A DNA stretch of 64,000 nt, taken from assembly GCA_022821085.1 (NCBI GenBank), contig JAJEEG010000006.1, positions 1,073,330-1,137,329 of the forward strand. The letters are read 5' to 3'. The first letter of the stretch is position 1, and every line of letters starts with the position of its first letter. This DNA is from Candidatus Latescibacterota bacterium. GTDB taxonomy: Bacteria > JAAXHH01. A program made the translations under genes and the position numbers. Positions 56,506 to 64,000 of this stretch are shown here, one piece after another. A model generated the notes under the pieces. The model was not told the DNA's origin, did not search any database, and saw only the letters and a list, made by a program, of their open reading frames with translations.

Positions 56506-58698
56506 ATGCCTCTACTAAACAAGATACCTGCTGAACTGAACCGCCTGATCGGGGATAGCCTGTCCGTAGGCGAGGATATGGCCGATCTCCTCTTCGCCTG
56601 CAAGACCGACCTGGCGCCGGACGGCCGTATGGAAGATTCGATGCTGGTCGTTACCCGGCGACACCTGGTGGTGGCCACCCGGTCCGACGGGAAATGGTCG
56701 CTGACCCATACCCTGTCGCTGGCGGATATCGCCGGGCTGACCGTGGAGCCCCTGGTCGGTGCGAGCGCCCTCATGGCCACGGTGGACGGCCGGGAATCCA
56801 GGCTGCTCAGGTACACCCACGCCGTGGCACAGGACATGTCCGACGCCGTCGAATCCCTGTTGCATCTGATCGGCCCCGACGGAAGTCCGGATCACACGGA
56901 GCCCGTTGCCGAGGAACCGGTCCCGGACTGGTCGAGCCGCGAGGCGCACCTGCGCACGTTCCGCCGCCTGTGGTCTTTTTGCCTGCCCCACTGGCGCACG
57001 CTGGTCATCGCCATGTTGGTCACGGTCGCGGCTTCGGCCATCGACCTGCTGCCGCCGTATCTGACCATGATCCTCGTCGACCAGGTCCTGGTGGACCAGA
57101 GCATGTTCATCTGGCTTCCGTTGATCGTAGCGCTTTTGGCGGTATCCCGGATCGTTCACACCGGGGTGACCATCATAAGCGGCAGAATGATGGCCGTGCT
57201 GGGCGACCGGCTGGCCTATGACGCACGGTCCGAACTGCTGAACGTCCTGCAGCTGTTGCCCCTCAAGTACTACGACATGCAGCAGACGGGCGGCCTCATG
57301 GCCCGCATCGCCCGGGACGCCAAGTCGATCCACTACTTCTGGATCGATTTCGCGCCGCAGGTGGTCCAGCAGGGGCTGCTCGTGATCGGCATGACCGCGG
57401 TGCTGTTCTACCTCAACTGGGAACTGGCGCTCCTCGTCCTGATCCCCATTCCCGCCATCATCTACGCCTCCTTCCATATCAAGCGGTACCTGATGTGGTT
57501 CTACGGTCGGTCGTGGGACAGTTGGGCGACCTTCTTCGAGCGGGTGAACGACGCGCTGGCCGGCATCCGGGTCGTGAAGATCTTCGCCCAGGAAAAACGG
57601 CAGAGTCTGGAAATGCAGCTCGAGAACGAGAAGGTGTTCACGGCCGAACGAAACATCCATATCCGATCGCGCACGGTGCGCCCGCTGCTCGCGTTCATCG
57701 TTTCCGTGGGCGGACTGCTGGTCTGGTGGTACGGCGGGCAGCAGGTGCAGTCGACGGAAATGACGACCGGCATGCTGATGGCCTTCTTCCTTTACCTCGC
57801 CATGTTCTACAGTCCCGTGCAGCAACTCACGAGCATGGCCGACTGGATACCGGAGATGATGACGGCCATCACCCGGACCTTCGAGGTCATCGACAGTCCG
57901 ATCGAGGAATACACGCCGGACGGTACCGTCGACGTCCCCCGTTTCGAGGGCCGGCTGGAGCTGCAGGACGTGAATTTCGGCTACGTGGCGCACCAGCCGG
58001 TGCTTAAGGGAATCAACCTGCACGTCGAACCAGGCGAGATGATCGGACTCGTGGGGCACTCGGGCGCCGGGAAGTCCACCCTGATCAAGCTGATGTGCCG
58101 ATTCTACGACGTCGACGGCGGGCGGATCATGATCGACGGCACCGACGTGCGCCGGATGGACCTGACGCAACTGCGCAGCCAGATCGGTTACGTGGAGCAG
58201 GACCCCTTCCTGTTCTCCGGTTCCGTGGCCGACAATATCCGCTTCGGCAACCAGGACGCGTCCCGGGAAGCGATTATCGAGGCCGCCATCAACGCGAATG
58301 CCCACGAGTTCATCGTCAAGCTGCCAGATGGCTACGATACGCCCGTCGGCGAGCGGGGCGGCAGGCTCTCCGGCGGGGAGCGCCAGCGGGTCGCGATCGC
58401 CCGGGCCATCCTGCACGACCCGAGGATCCTGATTCTCGACGAACCCACCTCGGCCCTCGACCTGGAGACGGAAAAGAAGATCCAGGAAGCCCTGGGACGG
58501 CTCATGGAGGGCCGCACGACGCTCGCCATCGCCCATCGCCTGTCCACCCTGAGAGACGCCGACCGCCTGCTCGTCCTCAAGAACGGCGAGCCGGTGGAAC
58601 TGGGCACCCACGAGGAACTGCTGGACCGGCAGGGCGAGTACTACCGCCTGGTCCAGTTGCACACCAACGTCTCCAGCATCGTGGGCGTGGAGGGGTAA
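56506..58698 (+). CDS. Fused ABC transporter permease/ATP-binding protein (exporter-type fold) with ~150 aa N-terminal cytoplasmic domain
   Basis: N-domain (..LVVTRRHLVVATRSDGKWSLTHTLSLADIAGLTVEPL..) then 6 TM helices then NBD with Walker A GHSGAGKST, signature LSGGERQR, Walker B ILILDEPTSALD. Confidence 0.85.
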   Translation: MPLLNKIPAELNRLIGDSLSVGEDMADLLFACKTDLAPDGRMEDSMLVVTRRHLVVATRSDGKWSLTHTLSLADIAGLTVEPLVGASALMATVDGRESRLLRYTHAVAQDMSDAVESLLHLIGPDGSPDHTEPVAEEPVPDWSSREAHLRTFRRLWSFCLPHWRTLVIAMLVTVAASAIDLLPPYLTMILVDQVLVDQSMFIWLPLIVALLAVSRIVHTGVTIISGRMMAVLGDRLAYDARSELLNVLQLLPLKYYDMQQTGGLMARIARDAKSIHYFWIDFAPQVVQQGLLVIGMTAVLFYLNWELALLVLIPIPAIIYASFHIKRYLMWFYGRSWDSWATFFERVNDALAGIRVVKIFAQEKRQSLEMQLENEKVFTAERNIHIRSRTVRPLLAFIVSVGGLLVWWYGGQQVQSTEMTTGMLMAFFLYLAMFYSPVQQLTSMADWIPEMMTAITRTFEVIDSPIEEYTPDGTVDVPRFEGRLELQDVNFGYVAHQPVLKGINLHVEPGEMIGLVGHSGAGKSTLIKLMCRFYDVDGGRIMIDGTDVRRMDLTQLRSQIGYVEQDPFLFSGSVADNIRFGNQDASREAIIEAAINANAHEFIVKLPDGYDTPVGERGGRLSGGERQRVAIARAILHDPRILILDEPTSALDLETEKKIQEALGRLMEGRTTLAIAHRLSTLRDADRLLVLKNGEPVELGTHEELLDRQGEYYRLVQLHTNVSSIVGVEG

Positions 58699-58701
58699 GA
58701 C

Positions 58702-59181
58702 ATGTCCTTTCTCGATCCGGCCGTCGTTCACCTGGAACGACGGGACGACCAGCCGCCCACCCTGTCCATCGCGGGCGACCTGTTCTTCGGCGTCAAGATA
58801 AGGCAGGCCTTCCCGCTTTCGCAGGAAAGCCGGTACGTCACCTTCTTCGATCAGGAAGACGAATACCTGGGCATCGTGGCCGACCCGTCGTCGTGCGACG
58901 AATCGACCTTCCGCATCATCCGCGATGAGATCGAATGGCGCTATTTCCGGCCCAGGATAACGCGCGTCGTGGAGATGGAGGGCCGGGGAGGGACGTCGCT
59001 ATTCTCGGTGGAGACGGACCGCGGCGAGGTGAAGATCCCCATGCGGGACCTGAGAGAAGGCATGACCGAACTGTCGCCCGGCCGTATCCTGATCACGGAC
59101 GAAAACGGCAACCGGTACGAGATCCCCGACCTCGACCTGCTGGACCGGCGCAGCCGCCGCCTGATCCGTCGCTTGATTTGA
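58702..59181 (+). CDS. DUF1854-like small protein downstream of ABC transporter
   Basis: 159 aa; ..GNRYEIPDLDLLDRRSRRLIRRLI C-terminus; family assignment from memory of DUF1854 being found next to ABC ATPase/permease genes. Confidence 0.5.
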   Translation: MSFLDPAVVHLERRDDQPPTLSIAGDLFFGVKIRQAFPLSQESRYVTFFDQEDEYLGIVADPSSCDESTFRIIRDEIEWRYFRPRITRVVEMEGRGGTSLFSVETDRGEVKIPMRDLREGMTELSPGRILITDENGNRYEIPDLDLLDRRSRRLIRRLI

Positions 59182-59439
59182 TTAGTTCAACAGGATCGGC
59201 GCGAACTTCGCATAGGCGGTCTTGAACCCCAGCACGGCCAGGTAGATCCCCACGCCCAGCAAGACCATCAGGATCGTGCCAATGGCGACCAGGAGCGGTT
59301 TGCTTGCGGCGAACCGGACCTTGAGCTGCTCTACTTTGGCGTGGATGTCCGGATACTTCTTCTCCAGACGGGCCAACATGCGCCGGGCAAAGGCGTAGCG
59401 TGTGGACAGGATCGTCAGCCCGATGACGATGAACAGCAC
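59182..59439 (-). CDS. Small two-TM membrane protein, hypothetical
   Basis: 85 aa MLFIVIGLTILSTRYAF...LLVAIGTILMVLLGVGIYLAVLGF; stop abuts stop of convergent DUF1854 gene. Confidence 0.4.
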   Translation of the reverse strand: MLFIVIGLTILSTRYAFARRMLARLEKKYPDIHAKVEQLKVRFAASKPLLVAIGTILMVLLGVGIYLAVLGFKTAYAKFAPILLN

Positions 59440-59643
59440 GCCCTGCAGCAGCGGCAGGAAGATGCCCAGGACCCCGATGATGATAAAGGTCCACCCAAAT
59501 ACGGACTGGGCTATGCGTATCAGTAGTTTCCGCTCTATTTGCTCGATTCCAATCGTTTAACGGCAGTTCCGGTCTGGTAACGGCAAGTCCAGTCTGACTA
59601 TGGTACGTTCAGTCTGTCGACGGTACGTCTTGTACCACGTAAA

Positions 59644-59955
59644 TCAGTCCAGAAACGCGAGAGCCTCCCGCATTTCGTCCAGGTCCTTGGCATCTCCCTG
59701 GCGCTGCGCCACGACGATTCCCTGCTCGTAGCATCTGCGGGCTTCATCATCGCGGTCCAGCTGTTCGTACACCCGGCCGGCCTGGTGATAGCCCGCCGTG
59801 TAGTCCGGCGATGCCGCCATGAGCCGTTCGAGGATCTCGGCCGCCTGTTCGAGCCGGTTCGAACTCACGTATTCCAGCGCGATCGCGTACTGAATAAAGG
59901 GATCGCCGGGGTCCTTGCTTGCAAGCAGCTCAAGTTGTTCGAGGCGCGAGCTCAT
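59644..59955 (-). CDS. Tetratricopeptide-repeat protein
   Basis: 103 aa with TPR-like helical hairpins (AIALEYVSSNRLEQAAEILERL.., ..AGYHQAGRVYEQLDRDDEARRCYEQGI). Confidence 0.5.
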   Translation of the reverse strand: MSSRLEQLELLASKDPGDPFIQYAIALEYVSSNRLEQAAEILERLMAASPDYTAGYHQAGRVYEQLDRDDEARRCYEQGIVVAQRQGDAKDLDEMREALAFLD

Positions 59956-59998
59956 GCCGCGTGTCCTCCGCGTATCTACGGTGTATCTACCGTTTTAC

Positions 59999-60775
59999 CT
60001 ATATCAGCGAACGGGACTGGCATCCGTCCACGTTGATGCAGGCGCCGGTCACCCAGCTCGCCCGGTCGGATGACAGGAAGACCACCACGTCCGCGATCTC
60101 TTCGGGCTTGCCGAAGCGTCCGGCCGGGAGCTCCTGCTCTATGAATTTGCCGATGCCTTCCGGATCCGCGTCCAGCCGCTTCTGCCAGTTGCCACCCGGG
60201 AATATGATTGAGCCCGGCGCTACCGTGTTCACGCGGATGCCGGTCCTGGCGACTTCCTTGGCGAGCGTTTTGCCCATGGAGATTTCGGCGGCTTTCGTGG
60301 CGTTGTAGGTGGCGGGTCCGCCCGCCTCGCGGCCGAAGATCGAGGAGATCGTGATGATCGACCCGCTTTCCTGCGCGCGCATCGCCGGGAGCACGGCCCG
60401 CGTCGCCCGTACGGCGGCGAACATGTTCAGGTTGAACACGTGAAGCCATTCGTCATCCGATACGTCGTCGAAGGGATTCCAGACGCTCCCGCCCACGTTG
60501 TTGACCAGGACGTCGATGCGGCCCCACCTTGCCAGCGTGGCTGACACGACCTGTTCGATGCCCTCGGCCGTGGTCAGGTCCCCTGCCGTCGCCAGCGTCT
60601 CGACACCCGTTTGCGCAACTTCCTTTTCTGTTTCAAGCAGCTTCTCTTCTCCCCTGGCACTCAGGCTGACGTGACATCCCTCTTCCGCCAGGCCGAGCGC
60701 GATCGATCGCCCAATGCCCCGGCTCGAGCCCGTAACCAGCGCGACTTTGTCTTTCAATCCCAGATCCATTTCCAA
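59999..60775 (-). CDS. SDR-family oxidoreductase
   Basis: TGSSRGIGRSIA cofactor-binding motif, NNVG, catalytic Y-x-x-x-K (YNATKAA). Confidence 0.85.
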   Translation of the reverse strand: MEMDLGLKDKVALVTGSSRGIGRSIALGLAEEGCHVSLSARGEEKLLETEKEVAQTGVETLATAGDLTTAEGIEQVVSATLARWGRIDVLVNNVGGSVWNPFDDVSDDEWLHVFNLNMFAAVRATRAVLPAMRAQESGSIITISSIFGREAGGPATYNATKAAEISMGKTLAKEVARTGIRVNTVAPGSIIFPGGNWQKRLDADPEGIGKFIEQELPAGRFGKPEEIADVVVFLSSDRASWVTGACINVDGCQSRSLI

Positions 60776-60839
60776 CCCTTTCGTTTATGATCTACGTTAT
60801 ACGAACGCCCCGGCACGCAACACCACCCGGAGCGTTCGC

Positions 60840-61865
60840 TTAGTCGACCGGTTCGAACAGAATCTTCATACCTTCTTTGTTCAGAAGCCTCCGGAACGCG
60901 TTCTCCCACTCAGTTAATGGAACCACGTCCGACACGATCGGTTCCAATTCGATCCTGCGCTGATCCAGCATCACCATGGTGCGGTCCCATGCATCGAGAG
61001 AACCGGCGAAGGAAGTCCGTATATCGATTTCCTTCAATTCCGCCGGAAAGAAGTCCACCTCGAAAGGGCCGCCGTGCAGACCGATCTGCATGATGGTGCC
61101 CTGCTTTCTCACCAGTTCGATGGCCGATCGCGTGGCCGCCGCCGACCCGGAACATTCGTACACCACGTCGGCGCCGTAACCCTGGGTCCGGTCCCTGACG
61201 AGCTCGAGCAGATCGACCTCTTCGATGTTGATGGTCTCGTCGGCCCATCGGGCCCCGAGTTCGAGCCGGTCCGCATCCGCCGATGTGCCGGTCAGGATGA
61301 CGTACGCGCCTTCCGCCTTCGCTACCTGCGTCGTCAGCATGCCAATGGGTCCCGGGCCGGTCACTACCGCTACGTCGCCGGCGGTAACGGACGTGCGTAT
61401 GGAGACGGCCTTGACGCAGCAGCAAAGGGGTTCGCTCAAGGCGCCGATGGTGAGGTCCAGGTGCTCCGGAATCCTGCGCAGCGCCCATGCGGGCATGACC
61501 ACGTACTTCGTAAATACGCCGTGCACCCCGCTGCCGATGGACAGGCGGCTGTCGCAGAGACTGTGCTGGCCCGCCGTACAGTACCTGCACACGCCGCAGA
61601 CGACGGTGGTCGGAATGCCGGTCACCGCGTCGCCCGGCCGGTATTCGTCCGAATCGCCCGCCTCGTCCACGATGCCGGAGAACTCGTGGCCCATGATCAC
61701 GGGAGGATGGTAGGGGTACTCGTCCTTGTAGATGTGTATGTCCGTACCGCAGATTCCCGCGGCCCGAATCTCCACCCGGACCTCCCCGGAACCGGGCTCC
61801 GGTACCGGCATCTCACGGACTTCCATGTTGACCGGTCCATGGTCGTATTTGACCAGTCCTTTCAT
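60840..61865 (-). CDS. Zinc-dependent medium-chain alcohol/polyol dehydrogenase (sorbitol/threonine dehydrogenase-like)
   Basis: GICGTDIHIY, GHEFSGIV, structural-zinc Cys cluster CGVCRYCTAGQHSLC, GxGxxG VVTGPGPIG; start at Met 61865 (ORF-track start 61994 would abut the tRNA). Confidence 0.8.
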   Translation of the reverse strand: MKGLVKYDHGPVNMEVREMPVPEPGSGEVRVEIRAAGICGTDIHIYKDEYPYHPPVIMGHEFSGIVDEAGDSDEYRPGDAVTGIPTTVVCGVCRYCTAGQHSLCDSRLSIGSGVHGVFTKYVVMPAWALRRIPEHLDLTIGALSEPLCCCVKAVSIRTSVTAGDVAVVTGPGPIGMLTTQVAKAEGAYVILTGTSADADRLELGARWADETINIEEVDLLELVRDRTQGYGADVVYECSGSAAATRSAIELVRKQGTIMQIGLHGGPFEVDFFPAELKEIDIRTSFAGSLDAWDRTMVMLDQRRIELEPIVSDVVPLTEWENAFRRLLNKEGMKILFEPVD

Positions 61866-61959
61866 CCTCGAATCCCCACTCCGCGCGTTCACTGTCGACA
61901 AGGGCGGATTGAATATAGGGCGGCGGGTTTTGGATGACAAGATCAAACCCATTAAGGCG

Positions 61960-61988
61960 TTGACACTCCGCGGGCGCGTTCTTAAGTT
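61960..61988 (+). promoter_or_regulatory. Putative sigma70-type promoter for tRNA-Arg
   Basis: TTGACA (61960-61965) - 17 bp - TAAGTT (61983-61988), ~25 nt upstream of tRNA 5' end. Confidence 0.35.
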
Positions 61989-62013
61989 GAGCACGGACCG
62001 GAACGGTACTCAA

Positions 62014-62086
62014 GCCCCCGTAGCTCAGTGGATAGAGCAACGGTTTCCTAAACCGTTGGTCGGGTGTTCGACTCACCCCGGGGGTA
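62014..62086 (+). tRNA. tRNA-Arg (anticodon CCT)
   Basis: Acceptor GCCCCCG/CGGGGGT, D-arm GCTCAGTGGATAGAGC, anticodon stem ACGGT/ACCGT loop TTCCTAA, T-loop TTCGACT. Confidence 0.85.
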
Positions 62087-62162
62087 TTCCCGGTCTTCAG
62101 CCCGTCTCTCATGTTTCCCCGGTTCCCCGGCTTCCCCGCGCACATCACGCAGGAGGATTTTC

Positions 62163-63464
62163 ATGTCCGATCTGTCCCGGTACATTCAGGAAACGCCGCT
62201 TATCGACACCCACGAGCATCTCCGGTTCGAGGAAGACTGGGTCGCCAACGGGCCGGACGTGCTGCAGGACCTCTTCGAAAACTACGTTCCTGCCGATCTC
62301 GTGGTCGCCGGCGCTTCGCAGGAGGATGTAAATGCCCTGCTGGATCCCGGGAAAGGCGACGTGGCGGCGCGTTTCGAGCCGGTCCGTCCGGCCTGGGAAG
62401 CCGTGAAGCATACGGGATACGGCGAGGCGGTGCGCATCCTGGCGGAAGACGTGTACGGCATAGCCGAGATCACCGCCGACGGCCTGGCGGCGGCGCAGGC
62501 CGAGAACGACCGATTACGGGGTCCTGGCCAGCGCCTGGCGCTCCTGCGGGACCGCGCGGGCCTGGATCACGTGCAGATCGACAACTTCGTCTGGGCGTGC
62601 GAACCTGATGTATCCGGACCGGAGTTCTTTCTCTACGACCTGTCCTGGGTGGGATTCTGCAACGGCGAGGTCCCCGTGGAGAAAATCGAGGAGGAAACGG
62701 GGATTACCGTGAACAACCTTGGCAGCCTGCGCGATGCCATGGCCGCGATTTTCGCGAAATACGGACCCCACGCCATCGCGGTCAAGGCGCAGCACGCCTA
62801 TTCCCGGACGCTCCGGTGGGAGGAGCGCAGCGACGACGAGGCGGCCAGGGCCCTGGAGATCGTGCTGAGCGATCCCGACGGCGCGCCGGAGGAAGCGTCG
62901 CTGTGCCTGGGCGACTGGGGCTGGGCGCGGGGCGTGGAACTATCCATCGAACACAACTTGCCGTTCAAGATCCACACCGGTTACTACGCGGGCCACAGCC
63001 GGATGCCGGTGGACCGGATCAAGAGCGGAAACCTGTGCGGACTGCTGGCCCGGTACCTCGACGCACGGTTCGTGCTGATGCACATCGCCTATCCCTACAG
63101 CCACGAGTTGATCGCCCTCGCCAAGCACTACCCCAACGTCTGGGTGGACCTCTGCTGGGCCTGGTCCATCGATCCCTACAGTTCCTGCGATTTCGTCCGC
63201 CGTTTCATCCACGCCGTGCCGATCAACAAGCTCTTCGCCTTCGGCGGGGACACCGGCTGGCCCACCAGCGCCTATGCCTATGCCGTGCAAGCGCGGAGAT
63301 GGCTCGGTCGCGCCCTGGAAGGCGAGGTGAGCGACGGCCTCCTTACCGAAAAGCAGGCGATGGACGTGGCGCTCAGGCTCATGCAGACCAACCAGCGCGA
63401 GTGTTTCGATATCGCCGGAACGCGGGGGCATATCGCGCGGTCGATGGAAGCCGCGCAGGCTTAA
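62163..63464 (+). CDS. Amidohydrolase-2 (TIM-barrel metal-dependent hydrolase) family protein
   Basis: N-terminal ..TPLIDTHEHL.. metal-binding HxH motif and ..ARFVLMHIAYPY.., ..FAFGGDTGWP.. downstream family positions; start at Met 62163. Confidence 0.7.
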   Translation: MSDLSRYIQETPLIDTHEHLRFEEDWVANGPDVLQDLFENYVPADLVVAGASQEDVNALLDPGKGDVAARFEPVRPAWEAVKHTGYGEAVRILAEDVYGIAEITADGLAAAQAENDRLRGPGQRLALLRDRAGLDHVQIDNFVWACEPDVSGPEFFLYDLSWVGFCNGEVPVEKIEEETGITVNNLGSLRDAMAAIFAKYGPHAIAVKAQHAYSRTLRWEERSDDEAARALEIVLSDPDGAPEEASLCLGDWGWARGVELSIEHNLPFKIHTGYYAGHSRMPVDRIKSGNLCGLLARYLDARFVLMHIAYPYSHELIALAKHYPNVWVDLCWAWSIDPYSSCDFVRRFIHAVPINKLFAFGGDTGWPTSAYAYAVQARRWLGRALEGEVSDGLLTEKQAMDVALRLMQTNQRECFDIAGTRGHIARSMEAAQA

Positions 63465-63494
63465 AAACGGAAGCTGCGCAGGTTTAAAAACGGG

Positions 63495-63523
63495 TTGCGA
63501 TCGGGCGGGTCGTGCCTTATATT
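63495..63523 (+). promoter_or_regulatory. Putative sigma70-type promoter for tRNA-Thr
   Basis: TTGCGA (63495-63500) - 17 bp - TATATT (63518-63523); preceded by 23-bp direct repeat cgcaggYttaaaaacgg x2. Confidence 0.4.
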
Positions 63524-63540
63524 GAGCGCGGATTTTACAG

Positions 63541-63613
63541 GCCACGATAGCTCAGTTGGTAGAGCAATTCATTCGTAATGAATAGGTCGTCGGTTCGAGT
63601 CCGACTCGTGGCT
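63541..63613 (+). tRNA. tRNA-Thr (anticodon CGT)
   Basis: Acceptor GCCACGA/TCGTGGC, D-arm AGCTCAGTTGGTAGAGCA, anticodon stem ATTCA/TGAAT loop TTCGTAA, T-loop TTCGAGT. Confidence 0.85.
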
Positions 63614-63615
63614 TT

Positions 63616-64000
63616 CTACCCCTCCAGCAACGTGTCGATCGTCTGGTTGATGGCGATTTCCGACTGCAGCATTTCAACCGGTATCGACACGTGCAATCCC
63701 GCCTCGATACGGTTTCGCAATTCTACGGCCATGAGGGAATCCACGCCCAGGCTGCGCCAGGTCTGCTCCGGATCCACACTACCCGGGTCCACTTCCACGA
63801 TCCTGCTGATCGCATCGTTCATGAATTCCTCGATGTAGACTTGGAGTCTGTCCGAGGACAGCGCATTTAAATCCGCCTTCGATAGCGGTGGGATCGATTG
63901 TGGTACGAGAGCCGGACGATCTACTGGAGCCAGGAGCCGTGCGAGCAGCGATTCTCCCGCGGGTTCCGTCGTGGGAATCACGCCGACGCGGTGGACATCA
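63616..64000 (-). CDS. C-terminal carrier-protein (ACP/PCP) domain of a polyketide/nonribosomal-peptide-type synthase; gene continues beyond window end
   Basis: ..PEQTWRSLGVDSLMAVELRNRIEAGL.. phosphopantetheine attachment motif LGxDSL; preceding linker-like sequence; frame open to window edge. Confidence 0.6.
   Translation of the reverse strand, partial: DVHRVGVIPTTEPAGESLLARLLAPVDRPALVPQSIPPLSKADLNALSSDRLQVYIEEFMNDAISRIVEVDPGSVDPEQTWRSLGVDSLMAVELRNRIEAGLHVSIPVEMLQSEIAINQTIDTLLEG

Overview
This 64 kb window comes from a high-GC (about 65%) bacterial chromosome that is densely coded on both strands. I found no transposase, integrase, phage genes or CRISPR array. I count about 55 protein-coding genes, four tRNAs (two tandem tRNA-Pro, tRNA-Arg, tRNA-Thr) and several in-frame GC-rich minisatellites inside genes. 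Strong Shine-Dalgarno sites precede many start codons. The content is metabolic and transport-related:
- Peptide uptake and proteolysis: a peptide ABC importer (permease, SBP, permease), M3 oligopeptidase, M55 D-aminopeptidase and two secreted amidohydrolases.
- A sugar-oxidation theme: three Gfo/Idh/MocA oxidoreductases, three xylose-isomerase-like TIM-barrel proteins, a DUF1080 protein, a PQQ beta-propeller dehydrogenase and a DUF2961/GH172 protein next to an MFS transporter.
- Futalosine-pathway genes mqnB and mqnD.
- FtsH directly downstream of an ECF sigma factor.
- A TonB-dependent receptor.
- A BtuF-like binding protein with an exporter-fold ABC protein and a DUF1854 gene.
- A five-gene hydrolase/kinase operon.
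The most interesting signals are:
1. A candidate UGSC-type selenoprotein with an in-frame TGA that creates a U-x-x-C-x-x-C motif. It lies in a three-gene unit with a membrane-anchored monoheme cytochrome c and an unknown protein, downstream of the PQQ dehydrogenase.
2. Two paralogous uncharacterised polytopic membrane proteins of about 670 aa, each next to a xylose-isomerase-like TIM-barrel gene.
3. A Tat-signal HisC-like aminotransferase.
4. An alkaline-phosphatase-superfamily 'sulfatase-like' protein with Thr at the formylglycine position.
5. Shared CAGGCSGGC-type in-frame repeats in unrelated enzymes.
Many long ORFs in the supplied track are antisense shadow frames typical of high-GC DNA and were rejected.
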